Shown: positions 21,151 through 33,000 of the stretch, piece after piece | Layout: each line of letters opens with the position of its first letter | Numbering within the stretch: position 1 is the first letter of the stretch | Assembly: GCF_048593235.1 (NCBI RefSeq) | Contig: NC_133618.1 | Location: 28,554,478-28,618,477 of the forward strand | Direction: 5' to 3' | Origin: Sminthopsis crassicaudata | Taxonomy: Eukaryota | DNA: 64,000 bases | The notes under the pieces: model-generated | Told to the model about the DNA's origin: nothing | Database searches by the model: none | What the model saw: only the letters and a program-made list of their open reading frames with translations | Made by a program: the position numbers and the translations under genes

Positions 21151-24100
21151 GGATTAAGTCCGCCCGCCCCTAGATGTACCGATGATCGCGCCCCACCGAG
21201 CCCCGAGGGGTGATTGTATAATCGTGGCCCCAGTGTGCCCGGGGACCGCCCCTCCCCCATTGATTGTGTAATCTTGGCCCCTGGGGGGGTTGTGTAATCG
21301 TGGCCTCTATGCACTCTGGGACCCCCCCCCCCAGTGACTGTGTAACCCTAGCCCCTGGGGGGGGTGATTGTATAATGGGGCCCCTGTGCACCCTGGGACC
21401 CCCCCAGTGACTGTGTAACCCTAGCCCCTGGGGGGGGTGATTGTATAATGGGGCCCCTGTGCACCCTGGGACCCCCCCCCCAGTGACTGTGTAACCCTAG
21501 CCTCTGGGGGGGGATTGTATAATGGGGCCCCTGTGCACCCTGGGACCCCCCCCAGTGACTGTGTAACCGTAGCCCCTGGGGGGGGATTGTATAATGGGGC
21601 CCCTGGGGGGGTTGTATAATCGTAGCCTCTATGCACTCTGGGACCCCCCCAGTGACTGTGTAACCCTAGCCCCTGGGGGGGGATTGTATAATGGGGCCCC
21701 TGGGACCCCCCCCCACACACACACCCCATTCCTGGCCCATCCCCTTCTATTCCTCCTCCACAAGGGCTTAGGCAGGTGCAGAGATAGCCCAGATCCCCGC
21801 CTTGGGCCTGGATTGTTTAATGGGTCGCTTGCCATCTTCCCCACTTGGTGATGTCATCGGCAGCCCTGGCTTTGAGTGCCCTGCTGATGACTTCCTGCCA
21901 ACAGCTCCCGTTGCCTCTGCCCCTCCCCCTCCCCATGACCATGCTGGGTAGCCGGTCTCCCCCTCCCCCATCACCTGTGCCCAGGCTCCCATGGGGTGCA
22001 GACCCCATGACTCACAGCTGCACTGCTGCCCTGGCTGCCCGCCCGGCCTCTCCCAGCAGCCACCGAGGGCATTTTCCATCCCCAGATGGTGATCGATCTG
22101 ACTCTGAGTGACCCGGGGCTGTTGCTGGCAGAGAGGCTGCAGGGCTTGGCCGTTTCCTCCTCCAGCTCATTTTGCAGATGGGGAAGCTGAGGCGGGTGGT
22201 GTCTGAGGCCCCGACTCAAGAAGATGAATCCCGCAGACCCCAAGCCCTGTGCCAGTGGCTTCTCCTGGGGCATTGGGGCAGGACTGGCACTTCTGGTGGG
22301 AGGGCAGCTCATCTGCCTTTGGTGTCTGCCTGGCGCCCCGTTCTGCCCCGCGGCTCCAGAGAGCTGGGGCAGATTGAGGGGAACCGACAGGCCGTGGGTG
22401 AGTGGGCCCGGGTCTGCCCAAGAAGACTTCCCCGGTGCCAGTGGGTGGATGCAGCAGTTAGAGCAGGTCAGACAGCAGGCACCGAGGGCAGCCGCTGGGC
22501 CTGGATTTTGCCCTGACTGGCTAATGACTGAAGCCGAGCTGCCTCTGACTCCCGCACAAAACATGGCCAGGACAAAGGCCGGCCTCAGACCCTTCCCAGC
22601 CTGGGCACATCACGTCCCCGGTCTGCCTCAGTTTACTCATCTGTTGAATGAGCTAGAGGAGGAAATGGCCACCCCTTCCCTGTCCCCCCTGGAATAACGG
22701 GCCTTTGAAGGACGGCTTGTGCCCATGTCCTCGCCCACCCCGATAGAGTGGGGGCGTCTTGTCCCCAGAGCTTCGCCCACAAGCGTGTTTGCGGGGGGTG
22801 GGGGAGGCTGAGATGCTCGCTGAGTGGACGCGAGCTAAGCAGTGGGAGTCAGGAAGCCCTTGGTCCTCTTCCTCTGCAGGGGAAGGGGCTCTTCGCTACG
22901 AGGCCAGTCCAGAAAGGGGAGACCATCTTCGTGGAGAGGCCTCTGGTGGCCTCCCAGTTCCTGTGGAACGCACTTTACCGCTATCGAGGTAAGCTGTGCC
23001 CGCCGGGCTGTGTGCCATGGCTGCTTCGTTTGTGTCGGTGAGACTCATTGGCCGGTGCAGGACTGTAGTGATGGGATTGAGGCCAGAGGCCAGCCCCGAG
23101 CCCAGGGACATGTGGTCAGGACGAGGGCAGGCCTTAGGCAGAAGGTGGAAGGACCGGCCCTGAGCCTCCTCCCTCTCTGAGGCACCTGGGCTCTGCCTAG
23201 AAAAGAGGCCCTGACCAGCAGGGTCCCACCTTCTCCTAGGGCAACATCCCCCGGGCTCTTCCTTCCTGGAAACGAGCCTGTTCAAGGGATGTGGGGAGTC
23301 AGCTGCATGATGGGAGCTCGGTCAGTGTACCCCTCATTGGCCCCCAGCACTTGTGTTGTTTTACTCGGTCGGGCCCGGAGGTCCCTGGGGGCCCTGGGCC
23401 CTGGAGAGTTAGGGAGCGGCCTTGGGCCGCCCGGGGCTCCCCAGTCAGGGCATTTCGGCAACAAGACGGCTCTAATCCTGGTCCGTCCCCCTGCCTCTCG
23501 TGATTAGGTTCCTGCTGAGGACTAGAGTCCCCAAAGTGGCTTGTCCTTTCTCGGTTCCTGCTGGGAACCCCAGGCTAAAACTGCTGCCCGACGTCCCCGA
23601 CTTCTTCTCTGAGGCCACCGTGAGGTGGGGGGCTGGGGGAGGCGCCACGCTTCATGCATCAGGAGGCTCAGGGAGTAATTGTGGTCCCACAGCCAGTACC
23701 CGCTCTGCGGCTGGCCCTCTGGCTCATCGTTCAGGAGCCCAGACCTCCTTGTTTCATAGCAAAAGAGTCGGCTCTGGGGTGCAAAGCTGGCAGCATTTCA
23801 GGGCCGCTGCTTGTGGGGCCCGGGCATCAGGAAGGTCCCCTAAGCAGCTTCCATTGCCCGGGTTTAGAGGCTTCTTAGTGGGAAGAGGGAGGAGAAGGAA
23901 GAAGAGAGATTTAGGGATCTAGTTTTGGAAAGTGATCCCTACCCGAGAGAGCCATGGTCCGAGGGGGAGAGCAGGGAGAGAAAAATCAGGAAGAAGGATC
24001 CTTGAGTGCCGAGCCCAGCAGGTTCAGAGATTCTGGGGCTGGGGGGAAGGGGCCAGGGAAAGCTCCCCAGAAGATGGCAGGTGTGGGGTTGGGGTGCCCA

Positions 24101-27100
24101 AGGCCGTGGCTGAGCTGCTCTGTGTGACTCCTGCCCCAGCCTGTGACCACTGCCTGCGGGCCTTGGAGACCGCCGAGGAGAACGCCCAGAGGCTGTCCGG
24201 TAGGACGTGTGGCTCCCTGCCTCACCCCGAGCAGTGCAGCATCCGGAAGGACCTCCACCAGCTGTGCCCCCACTGCCAGGTGAGGCTCAGCTGGGCTGGC
24301 CTACGGGGACTGGGACTCGGGGCATAGGGCTTGGGACCTGGAGCTTGGGGGCTGGGACTCTGGAGTCTGGGACTCAGGGGCCAGGCCATGGAGGCGGGGA
24401 CTCTGGGGCCTAGGACTCAGGGGCCAGGCCATGGAGGCTGGGAGTTGGGCCTGGGACTCAGGGGCCAGGCCATGGAGGCTGGAACTCTGGGGCCTAGGAC
24501 TCAGGGGCCAGGCCATGGAGGCTAGGAGTTGGGCCTGGGACTCAGGGGCCAGGCCATGGAGGCTGGGACTCTGGGGCCTAGGACTCAGGGGCCAGGCCAT
24601 GGAGGCTGGGACTCTGGGGCCTAGGACTCAGGGGCCAGGCCATGGAGGCGGGGAGTTGGGCCTGGGACTCAGGGGCCAGGCCATGGAGGCTGGGACTCTG
24701 GGGCCTAGGACTCAGGGGCCAGGCCATGGAGGCGGGGACTCTGGGGCCTAGGACTCAGGGGCTAGGCCATGGAGGCGGGGACTCTGGGGCCTAGGACTCA
24801 GGGGCCAGGCCATGGAGGCTGGAACTCTGGGGCCTAGGACTCAGGGGTCAGGCCATGGAGGCTGGGAGTTGGGCCTGGGACTCGGGGCCTAGAGCTTAGG
24901 GCCTCTCCAGAGTTTCCTACCTCCAGCTTCTGTCCTTAGAAGGATTAGAAGCAGGAGCCTTGAATGAGAGCACAGGGGGGTAGTCACAATGGCTACAAGT
25001 CATTCAGCCCCTTGTGGGCCTCTGTCAGGAATCCCAGGGCAGCTTCCCCGCTCTGTTGGGGAGGAGGCAGTGGACAAATGACTGAAGCCGGCAGGTGGGA
25101 TCTGGAGTCTGTCGGCCTCAGGAGGTGATCTGGATGACCCAGCCTTGTGATCAGTGTAGGTTAGACAGAGACACGTGAAGAGTGGTCAGTGCATCTCTGG
25201 AGTACCTACTGTATACCTTCTGAGAAAGATCTGGAAATGTCCCGGAGAATTCAACCAGCAAATGGGCCTGGACTTCAGCCAGCCCCCGGCTAGAGCTCTA
25301 ATTTGTTAATAATACTTTTTTTTTTTTTCTCTCTCTTTTCTTTTTTTTTCCCCCTGGGATTAAGTGACTTGCCCAGGGTCACACAGCTAGGAAGTGTTAA
25401 GTGTCTGAGACTAGATTTGAACTCAGGTCCTTCTGAATTCAAGGCTGGTGCTCTATCCACTGCGCCCCCTAGCTGCCCCCTGAGTTAATAATAATTATAG
25501 CAAACGTTTAAATGGAGCTGCTGGGGGCCTGACTGAGCTGCGCCGCTGCTGTTTCCTTTGATCTTCACTCCTGTCGCTGCTGTTCTTTTCCTGTCTGTGG
25601 AAACGGAGGCAGATTAGCCTGGGATCTTCAGAGAGGGGGAGAGGAAAAAGGAAGGGGCAGGGCAGGGGCATCCAGGCTGCCCATCTCTGCAAGAAAGGGA
25701 GACTGCTGGCTTTTTTGTCTTTCCTTTCCCTTTGTTCTATAAAGAGCTTGCTCGTACGGGCTGTCTGCACAGGAGCTCTCTGAGGGTGGGCCTGGTTTGG
25801 GCCTTTATTTGTGCTGGCACTTAGTAGGCACTGGATCAATGCCGTGAATCTCACTTCCAGTGCCCCCTCCCCCCCCAAGCCAGCTCTCAAAGTATTAAAA
25901 AAAGGAAGGAAAAACATTGCAGCCAGACTCTCCCCACACCTTCCAGAGCCGACCTCGTGTGCCGTGCTCCTGGTCCTGGGCCAAGCAGCTGGCCCGCTGT
26001 GAAGGGCCAAGTAAAGGAGGAAGCCTGGCTTATCGTCCTCTAGGGTCAAGTTCGGTCATTAACCTCTCACACTGGACAGTTGCCACCCACCATCCTGCCC
26101 TCTTTTCACGGACCGCAAGCTCCCTGAGGGCAGGCCGGGTCGTTCTTTGCCCCCTCCCGTTTCCTTCCCTTTCGTGGCCCAGTGGTCAAGGTTTACTTGT
26201 TAAGTCAATGGTCATTCCTCATGGACCCTCCCCTCTGATGGGCAGGTGGCGTATTGCAGCGCGGAGTGTCGCCAGGCGGCCTTGGAGCAGTACCACCGAG
26301 CCCTGTGCCTGGGCCCCTCCCAAAATGACCCTGCGCATCCTCTCAACAAGCTTCAGGAAGCCTGGAGGTCAGCTTCATCTCCCTGTCCCCCACTTTCCCT
26401 GGGAATCCATTTTCCAGAACCCTTTGCCATGGTCCAAGTCTGGATGGACTTTGCCCTGCTGGCTCAGGACATTGGCCCAGGAAGGAAGCCCAAGTCCCCA
26501 TTGAGCCTGGGATCCCCCAGAGGTCTGCTCCACTGGGCCCTTCCCCAGCCCGCCAGCAGTTCCTTGTTTAGCAGGGCAGGAGGGGTCTGTCTCTGTTCCC
26601 CAAGAGTGAAGTCCTGAGGGTCAGCAGTTCTCCCTGGATGCTGTGGGGGAGCAGGGGGTGCAGCAGGAGTCATCTCCAGGCACCGTCAGGAACCGTGCCT
26701 TTGGGGAGGAGTTCCTGACCATGCTTGTTCATCCCCGCAGGAGCGTCCATTACCCTCCAGAGACGGCCAGCATCATGCTGATGGCCCGCATGGTGGCCAC
26801 TGTGAAGCAGGTGAGTGTCCGCTCCCCCTCCTGCTCCTCCAGGGGACACAGCTGCTAGGGGGGCCCCAGGATGGGGGTGGGGTGGGAGAGTATAGGTGCC
26901 ATGGAGTCCGGGGGTGGGGGTAGGGCAGTGCAGGTGCCCTGGGTGGGGCAGGAGATCCCAGTTTGGGGGTGCACGTTACTGAGGGGCTACATGGTGCTAT
27001 GGTACATGTTTCTGTCCGTTCTAGGCAAAGGATAAGGAACGCTGGATCAAACTCTTCTCCCAGTTCTGTAACAAAACGGCCAATGAGGAGGAAGAGATCG

Positions 27101-30100
27101 TCCATAAGCTCCTGGGAGACAAGTTTAAGGTTAGTCCTGGCTCCCCTCCTCCCCCCAGGCCTTGCTTTGACTGGAGAGCCCAGCTGGCCTGCGCTAGGGA
27201 CTTCCTCCCAGGGGGGCAGCTGTGGGTGAAGAAGTCTCAGTCTCCAGGCGTGGGGATAGCCCCTTCTTTTCTCCCTTAGGGGAGGAGGTTTGTGTGGATG
27301 GGCCCTGGGGCTCCCCCTGGAGGGCAGGTAGAGGGACTGGTATTCAGCCAGCCTCTGATTCTGGGGGGGGGGGGCCTGGGCTGGGGTCCCCAGGAGCTTC
27401 CTGATTTGTGCCCTTTCCCCATCAGGGCCAGTTGGAGCTCCTGAGACGACTCTTCACAGAGGCTCTGTATGAAGAACAGCTCAGCCGGGTGAGTCCTGCC
27501 CACTCCAGGACCCCGTCTGGGGATTTCTCAACAGAAATCTTGGAGGGGTCTCCCCTTTCCTTCTCCAGCTCATCTGACAGGTGGGGAAACTGAGGCACCC
27601 AGGGCCACACAGCTAATCGTGCCAGGCGGGATTTGAATTTGGTCTTCCCAACCCCTGGCCAGCACTTTATGCACAGCACCACAGGCTGTCTTTTAAATCA
27701 CTCTCTGGCCAGCAGGATGTTTCTGTCGAAAGTAATGAGGAAGACGATCCTGGCGAGAAGCCAGAAAATCACCTGAGCTCTCCCCCATTTCAGAGTAAAC
27801 ATTAAATCAAGCTTCTGAATGGATTCTAGAACAACAGGATCTACTTACTTAAAAGGCTCAAAAAAGATTTTAAAAGTCAACTAAGAGGTAAAAATCAGAA
27901 AAGAAATGAGAGGCAGGCAAGAGAAAATCAACAGCTTAGAAAAGGAACAACAAAAATTGACAAAAGAAAACAATTCCTTAAAAAAATACAGTTGCCCAGT
28001 GGAAAAAGGAGTTAGAAAACCTAACTACAGAAAATCATGCCTTAAAAATTAGAATGATTGTTTAATATATCTTGGGTTCCTTGCCATCTAGGGAGGGAAA
28101 TTGGAACATAAGGTTTTGCAAGGGTCAGCGGTGAAAAATTATCCTTGCATATGTTTTGAAAATAAAAATCTCAATGAAAAAAGTAAAAAAAAATTGGAAT
28201 GATTTTAAAAAATAGAACTGATTGAAAGCCAATAACTGAGACATTGAGGATCAGTCAAAACAAAATCAAAAGAATGAAAAATTAGAAAAAATGCAAAATA
28301 TTTGTTGAAAAAACAACCAACCTAGGAAAAAAATCCTGAAGAGAGAATTTGAGAATTAGTGGACTACAAAGGGCTATAAAATAAAAGTTTAAGTATTCTT
28401 TGATGTAGCTATACCACCACTAGGTCTATATCCCAAAGAGATAAAAAAGGAAAAAAGACCCACATGTATAAAGTTTTTTTTTCTTTTTCTTTTTTCCCGA
28501 GGCTGGGGTTAAGTGACTTGCCCAGGGTCACACAGCTAGGAAGTGTTAAGTGTCTGAGACCTCCTGAATTCAAGTGTCGGGACCTCCTGAATTCAAGGCT
28601 GGTGCTCTATCCACTGCTCCACCTAGCTGCCCCCATGTATAAAGTTTTTAATAGCAGCTCTCTTTGTGGTAGCAAAGAATTGGAAACTGAGGGAAAACAA
28701 CTGGAGAATGGCTGAACAAGTTGTGGTATATGTAATGGAATACTATAGTATTTCAATACAATACAATTCCAATACAATAGTATTTATTCTATAAGAAATG
28801 ATGAGCAGGCTGATTCATGTAGACTTATATGAGCTGAGGCCAAGTGAATTGAGCAGAATCAGGAAAATATTGTACACAGTAACAGCAACATTGTACTATG
28901 ATCAGCTTCGATGGACTTTGTTCTTCTCATAATAAGTGATCTATGACAGTCGAAAATGGCCATTCAAAGACAAAGGATCATAGAGATTTAATGCAGGTAG
29001 AAGCAGACTATTTTCTTTCTCTGTTTTTTTTTTTTTTAAACAATTCTTTGATATACATATAATTTTACCGTTTGTTAAAGAAAAGATGGAAGGAAATTTG
29101 CATATCAATGAATTGGATGTGCTTGTTCATCTTTATATAAAGAATTTAATCTTGATGGAATATTCAATACCTTTTGCCATTGCCAAATTTTTTATGGGCC
29201 CCCCCCAATTCTTAAGGGGTTTCAATCCACAGTTTAAGAAGCTTTGATCTAGTCCAACCTCCTACTTTTATAGATTAGGAAATGATGGCTTAGAAAGATC
29301 AAAAAAATCATTCAACGTCACATAGCTAGTAAATTACAGAGCTGATATTTTAACCCAGGTTTTCTGATTTTAAATTCAGTGTGTTCTTTCCACTAAAAAG
29401 AAAGATTTATAAAGAAAGTGATCTCAATGCAAATAGAACTAATCAACCAACTTCTGTTGATTGCTAGGAGGAGGATACAAGATCAGATTTTTTTTCAATA
29501 GTATTTCATTTTTCCAATTACTTGTAAAGATACTTTTCAACAGTTCCAGGTTTTTTTCTCCCTCCCTTACCTCTCTCCTCCCCAATATGGCAAGCAATCT
29601 TATATAGGTTATACACGTAGAATGAGTTAAATTTTTATTTGATTTTATAATAGCTTTTTATTTTTAAAAATATATGCAAAGAGAATTTTCAAATTCTTGA
29701 ATTTGAAAAACCTTGTGTTCTAAGTTTTTCTCCCTCCTTTCCTAGACAGCAAGTAATCCAATGTAGTGCAATTCTTCTAAACATATTCCCACATTTCTCA
29801 TGCTATACAAGAAAAATCAGATCAAAACGAGGAAAAAAATGACAAAGAAAATAACAAGCAAGGAAACAACAGCAAAAGGTGAAAATACTATGTTGTGATC
29901 CACATTCAGTCCTCACAATCCACTCTCTGAATGCAAATCTTCATCACAGATCTATTGAAATTGGTCTGAATTATCTCACTATTGAAAAGAGCCAACTTCA
30001 TCAGAATTGTCATATATTCTTGTTGCTGTGTTGAATGTTCTCTTGGTTTTACTCACTTCACTCAGCATCAGTTCCTGTCAGTCTCTCCAGGTCTTTCTGA

Positions 30101-33000
30101 AATCATCCTGCTGATTGTTTCTTACAGAACAATAATATTCCATAATACTCATAAACCATAACTTATTCAGCCATTGCCTCACTGATGGGTGTCTATTCAG
30201 TTTCCAATTCTTTTCCATTGCAAAAAGGGCTGCTACAAATGTTTTTGCACATTTCTCATTTTTAAGATCTCTTTGGGATATAAGCCCAGTAGAAACACTG
30301 CTGGATCTCAGGGTATGCACAGTTTGATAGCCCTTTGAGCATAGTTCCAAACTGCTCTCCAGAATCAATGGATCAAAAGAAACATAAAAAGGAAAACAAG
30401 GAAAAAAATATAATTTATATTATATGTTAATATTATATATAATAATATTATATATAAAACATTATTTAAAGGCGTACTGCCACCCCTTTGGGCCACACAA
30501 GGGCCCCTTGGGTACTTGAGGACCACCCATCTTCCTTCTGACTGCAGGGTTCAAAATCTCCTTGTTTCTGGAACTTGGAAAGTCTTGGAGAGACAATGTG
30601 CCTGAGTGGTGGGCAGCGGTGGGCTTGAGGAGACCCCAGCGGGGAGAGTGGGCAGGGATCAGCTGGGGCAGCTTGGGGGCACCCATGAGCCCGTGATGCG
30701 CCTCTCATTGCTCTCTCACTCTGGGTTTACATGCAGTGGTTTACGCCCGACGGATTTCGGTCTCTCTTTGCTCTTGTTGGGACAAACGGTCAAGGAATTG
30801 GGACCAGGTAAGGAGGGTGTGTCTGGAGCAGTGGGAAGAAGAAAGTGGGTCGACCCCTCTGAGCATGTCCTGTGGTCAGAGCCTCAGCTGGACCTGGGCT
30901 GGAGGCCACGGACAGGCAAGGGGTCACCTCTGTGCTCTGACAAGGGATAAAGGGCCCTGAGCGGGAGCTGGCCAATGGAGGACCTTCTCTCCTGCCCACT
31001 GTAAGCTTCATGACCAGAACAGCTAGTTCTGAAGACAGGGGGGTTGAGGCTGGGCCCCCATCCCCACAGGCTAGCTCCAGGTGTTGAGTGGGGCTGCCTG
31101 GGTCAGCTTTGCTCCTCCCCAAATCGAGCTCCAGCTGGGGGGCCCCTTCTTATCCCCAGTGCTTGGCTTGCTCTGTTCCCCCCAGTTCCCTGAGTCAATG
31201 GGTCCACGGTTGTGACGCCCTCGACCTGAAGCCCCAGGAACGGGAGCAGCTGGATGCGTTCATCGATCAGCTGTACAAGGACATCGAGAGAGGTGGGCAG
31301 GGGCGGAGTGAGGGTGGCCGGCAGGACGGGCAGTGGCTGCTTGCTTGCCTTCCTGGGAAGTTCCTGCTCCCCCTTCCCCAGACTGTCCTTGGAAACAGGC
31401 ACAAAATGTGAGGGTCTGAAGTGGTGGATGGGCACTGTTGGGCGGGGGATCTCGGAGGAGCTGAGCTTGAGCCCCAGAAAAGCTAGCTTCAGTGGAGCCG
31501 TGCTTGCTGCCCCCGTGTACCGGCTGCCCACTGCCCCAGAAGCTGCCACAACCTCTGTCTGTTTGCCTTACAGCCAGCGGCGAGTTCCTCAACTGTGAGG
31601 GATCTGGGCTCTTTGTGCTTCAGAGCTGCTGTGAGTAGTCCACGGGGCTGGGCCCAAGAGGGACGGGTCCTCCCTGCCTTTCCCCTGGGGCTGTGCACCT
31701 CGGGGGGTGTTGGGGCTGGCTGGTGGTCTGTGTGCCCAAGCAGTGGGACCCTTCCCCAGAAAGATGGTTTTGTAAAAAGTGAAGTGACAGAACTGTTCCA
31801 TTTCAGGGAAAAGGGACCCCACCAGCTCTCTGTGGGGCCACAGTCCCAGGTCCAGAGCCCTTGTCTCGGGATATGGGTAGATGATGATAGAGACCCAGGC
31901 TGCCCGTGCCAGCTGGCTGTGCCCAGGCGTCCACTGCTCCCAATGGGAGGTGCTGGGCCTCCTGGCCCTGACAGTCACAAGCTCCAGGTGGAGCTGGGCT
32001 AGGCTTTGGGTATCAGTGAAGCCACAAGCATTTATTAGGCACCTTCTGTGTCCCAGACCCTGTGCTGGGCCCTGGGGACCCTCGACAGTGAATCCTTTCC
32101 TGCCCTCGAGAGGCTTTGCTGTATCCATGGCATGAGTCCTGGCTTTGGAGGGGCAGCGGTCCCCTCAGTGGCCTCAGCTTCCCCATCTGCTCTGAGCCTG
32201 GGATCCCAGGGTCAGTGACCCCCCCCCACAGGAAGCCATGGGGGACTTGGCTAGTGACCCCCCCATTTCTCAGGCAACCACAGCTGTGTCCCCAATGCGG
32301 AGACCTCCTTCCCAGAAAACAATTTCCTTCTGCATGTCACGGCCCTCGAGGACATCAAACCTGGGGAGGTAATGGGGGGCCCTGGCCGGCTCCTGTACTG
32401 GGGGGATGGGCCCTGGGTTCCCGTGTTAGGTGTCTCCCCGCCTCCTCTCCTTCCATCTCCCCAAACTGCTCCTCAGGCCCCTTCTAGGGCAGCCCCTGGC
32501 TCTTCCCCGCCTCCCCCTCCGGTGGCCCAAGACGAATCCCCTTTCCAGCTCAGAAGCTCTGGGCCTGGCTCCCTGGCTCGCCCCAATCCCGACTGGTCCT
32601 CGCCTGGCACTAGGGAAGCCGAGAGACGGGGATGTTGGGCCCGGGGCAGCGGGTGGGTGCCCCCCACCCCGTGTCCCAAAGTGGCTGCTCCTGCCCCCAG
32701 GAAATCTGCATCAGCTACCTGGACTGCTGCCAGCGCGAGCGTAGCCGATACAGCCGGCACAAGATTCTCAGGTACCTGGATGGGGCGAGGGGAGAGAGCC
32801 TCTGGGACCCTGGAGCTGCCAGCCTCTGACTGCTGGGCCCTCTGCCCTGCAGGGAGAACTACCTGTTCGTCTGCTCCTGCCCCAAATGCCTGGCCGAGGC
32901 TGAGGATCCCAGTGTGACCTCTGATGAGGAAGACGAGGAGGAGGAAGAGGAAGGCGAGCCAGAGGACGCCGAGCTGGAGGACGAGATGACCGACGTTTGA
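20663..33000 (+). CDS. SMYD5: SET and MYND domain lysine methyltransferase 5, 13 coding exons, 417 aa
   Basis: Exons 20663-20758, 22880-22988, 24140-24279, 26246-26367, 26741-26810, 27025-27129, 27426-27488, 30737-30807, 31186-31292, 31574-31630, 32274-32368, 32701-32771, 32853-33000. Total 1254 nt, all introns GT-AG, frame continuous. Protein runs [14 protein letters not shown]...GKGLFAT...CDHC...CPHCQ...CSAEC...CNHSCVPN...CSCPKC, then an acidic tail ending EMTDV. Confidence 0.97.
21203..21712. repeat. About 73-bp minisatellite, about 7 copies, SMYD5 intron 1
   Basis: Unit ggggtgattgtataatggggcccctgtgcaccctgggacccccccagtgactgtgtaaccctagcccctgggg, with variable G/C run lengths and half-units. 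Confidence 0.95.
24371..24892. repeat. 43/41-bp two-variant minisatellite, 12 full units, SMYD5 intron 3
   Basis: Unit starts at 24371, 24414, 24455, 24498, 24539, 24582, 24625, 24666, 24709, 24752, 24795, 24838; partial unit at 24879. Confidence 0.95.
25316..25480 (-). mobile_element. WSINE1, young copy in SMYD5 intron 3
   Basis: Reverse-complement match to the same consensus, poly(T) at the left end; TSD gttaataata at 25306-25315 and 25484-25493. Confidence 0.9.
27830..28375 (+). mobile_element. L1 ORF1-region fragment with a nested L1 tail (about 28060-28190)
   Basis: A-rich ORF1-like sequence (gaaaaggaa...caaaaattga; atttgagaattagtggactac) interrupted by an L1 3' tail flanked by aaaaattagaatgatt / aaaaattggaatgatt. 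Confidence 0.6.
28395..29010 (+). mobile_element. L1 ORF2 C-terminal/3' fragment
   Basis: ctaggtctatatcccaaagag...atagcagctctctttgtggtagcaaagaattggaaactgag...gaatggctgaacaagttgtggtatatg. Confidence 0.7.
28474..28633 (-). mobile_element. WSINE1 with internal rearrangement, inserted in an L1 fragment
   Basis: Flanking duplication catgtataaag(ttttt) at 28463 and 28634; gacctcctgaattcaag occurs twice and the B box is missing. Confidence 0.85.
29490..30365 (-). mobile_element. Two nested inverted L1 3' fragments
   Basis: Minus ORF 30078-30368 encodes L1 ORF2 C-terminal residues ([30 protein letters not shown]); two L1 tails start at about 29490 and 29650. Confidence 0.75.

Noticed and set aside
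21851-22111. Intronic sORF with a signal-peptide-like start ([16 protein letters not shown]...)
   Set aside because: Low-complexity Pro/Leu body, lies inside SMYD5 intron 1 beside a VNTR, no poly(A) or conservation evidence.
22224-22697. 157-aa intronic ORF
   Set aside because: Its 3' end is derived from a MIR/Mar1 SINE tail (gagctagaggaggaaatggcc); no domain.
24207-24751. Repeat-peptide ORFs ([11 protein letters not shown]..., [10 protein letters not shown]...)
   Set aside because: By-products of the 43/41-bp minisatellite, whose units are not multiples of 3.
21203-24892. Minisatellites considered as CRISPR-like arrays
   Set aside because: No unique spacers, vertebrate intronic context; ordinary tandem repeats.
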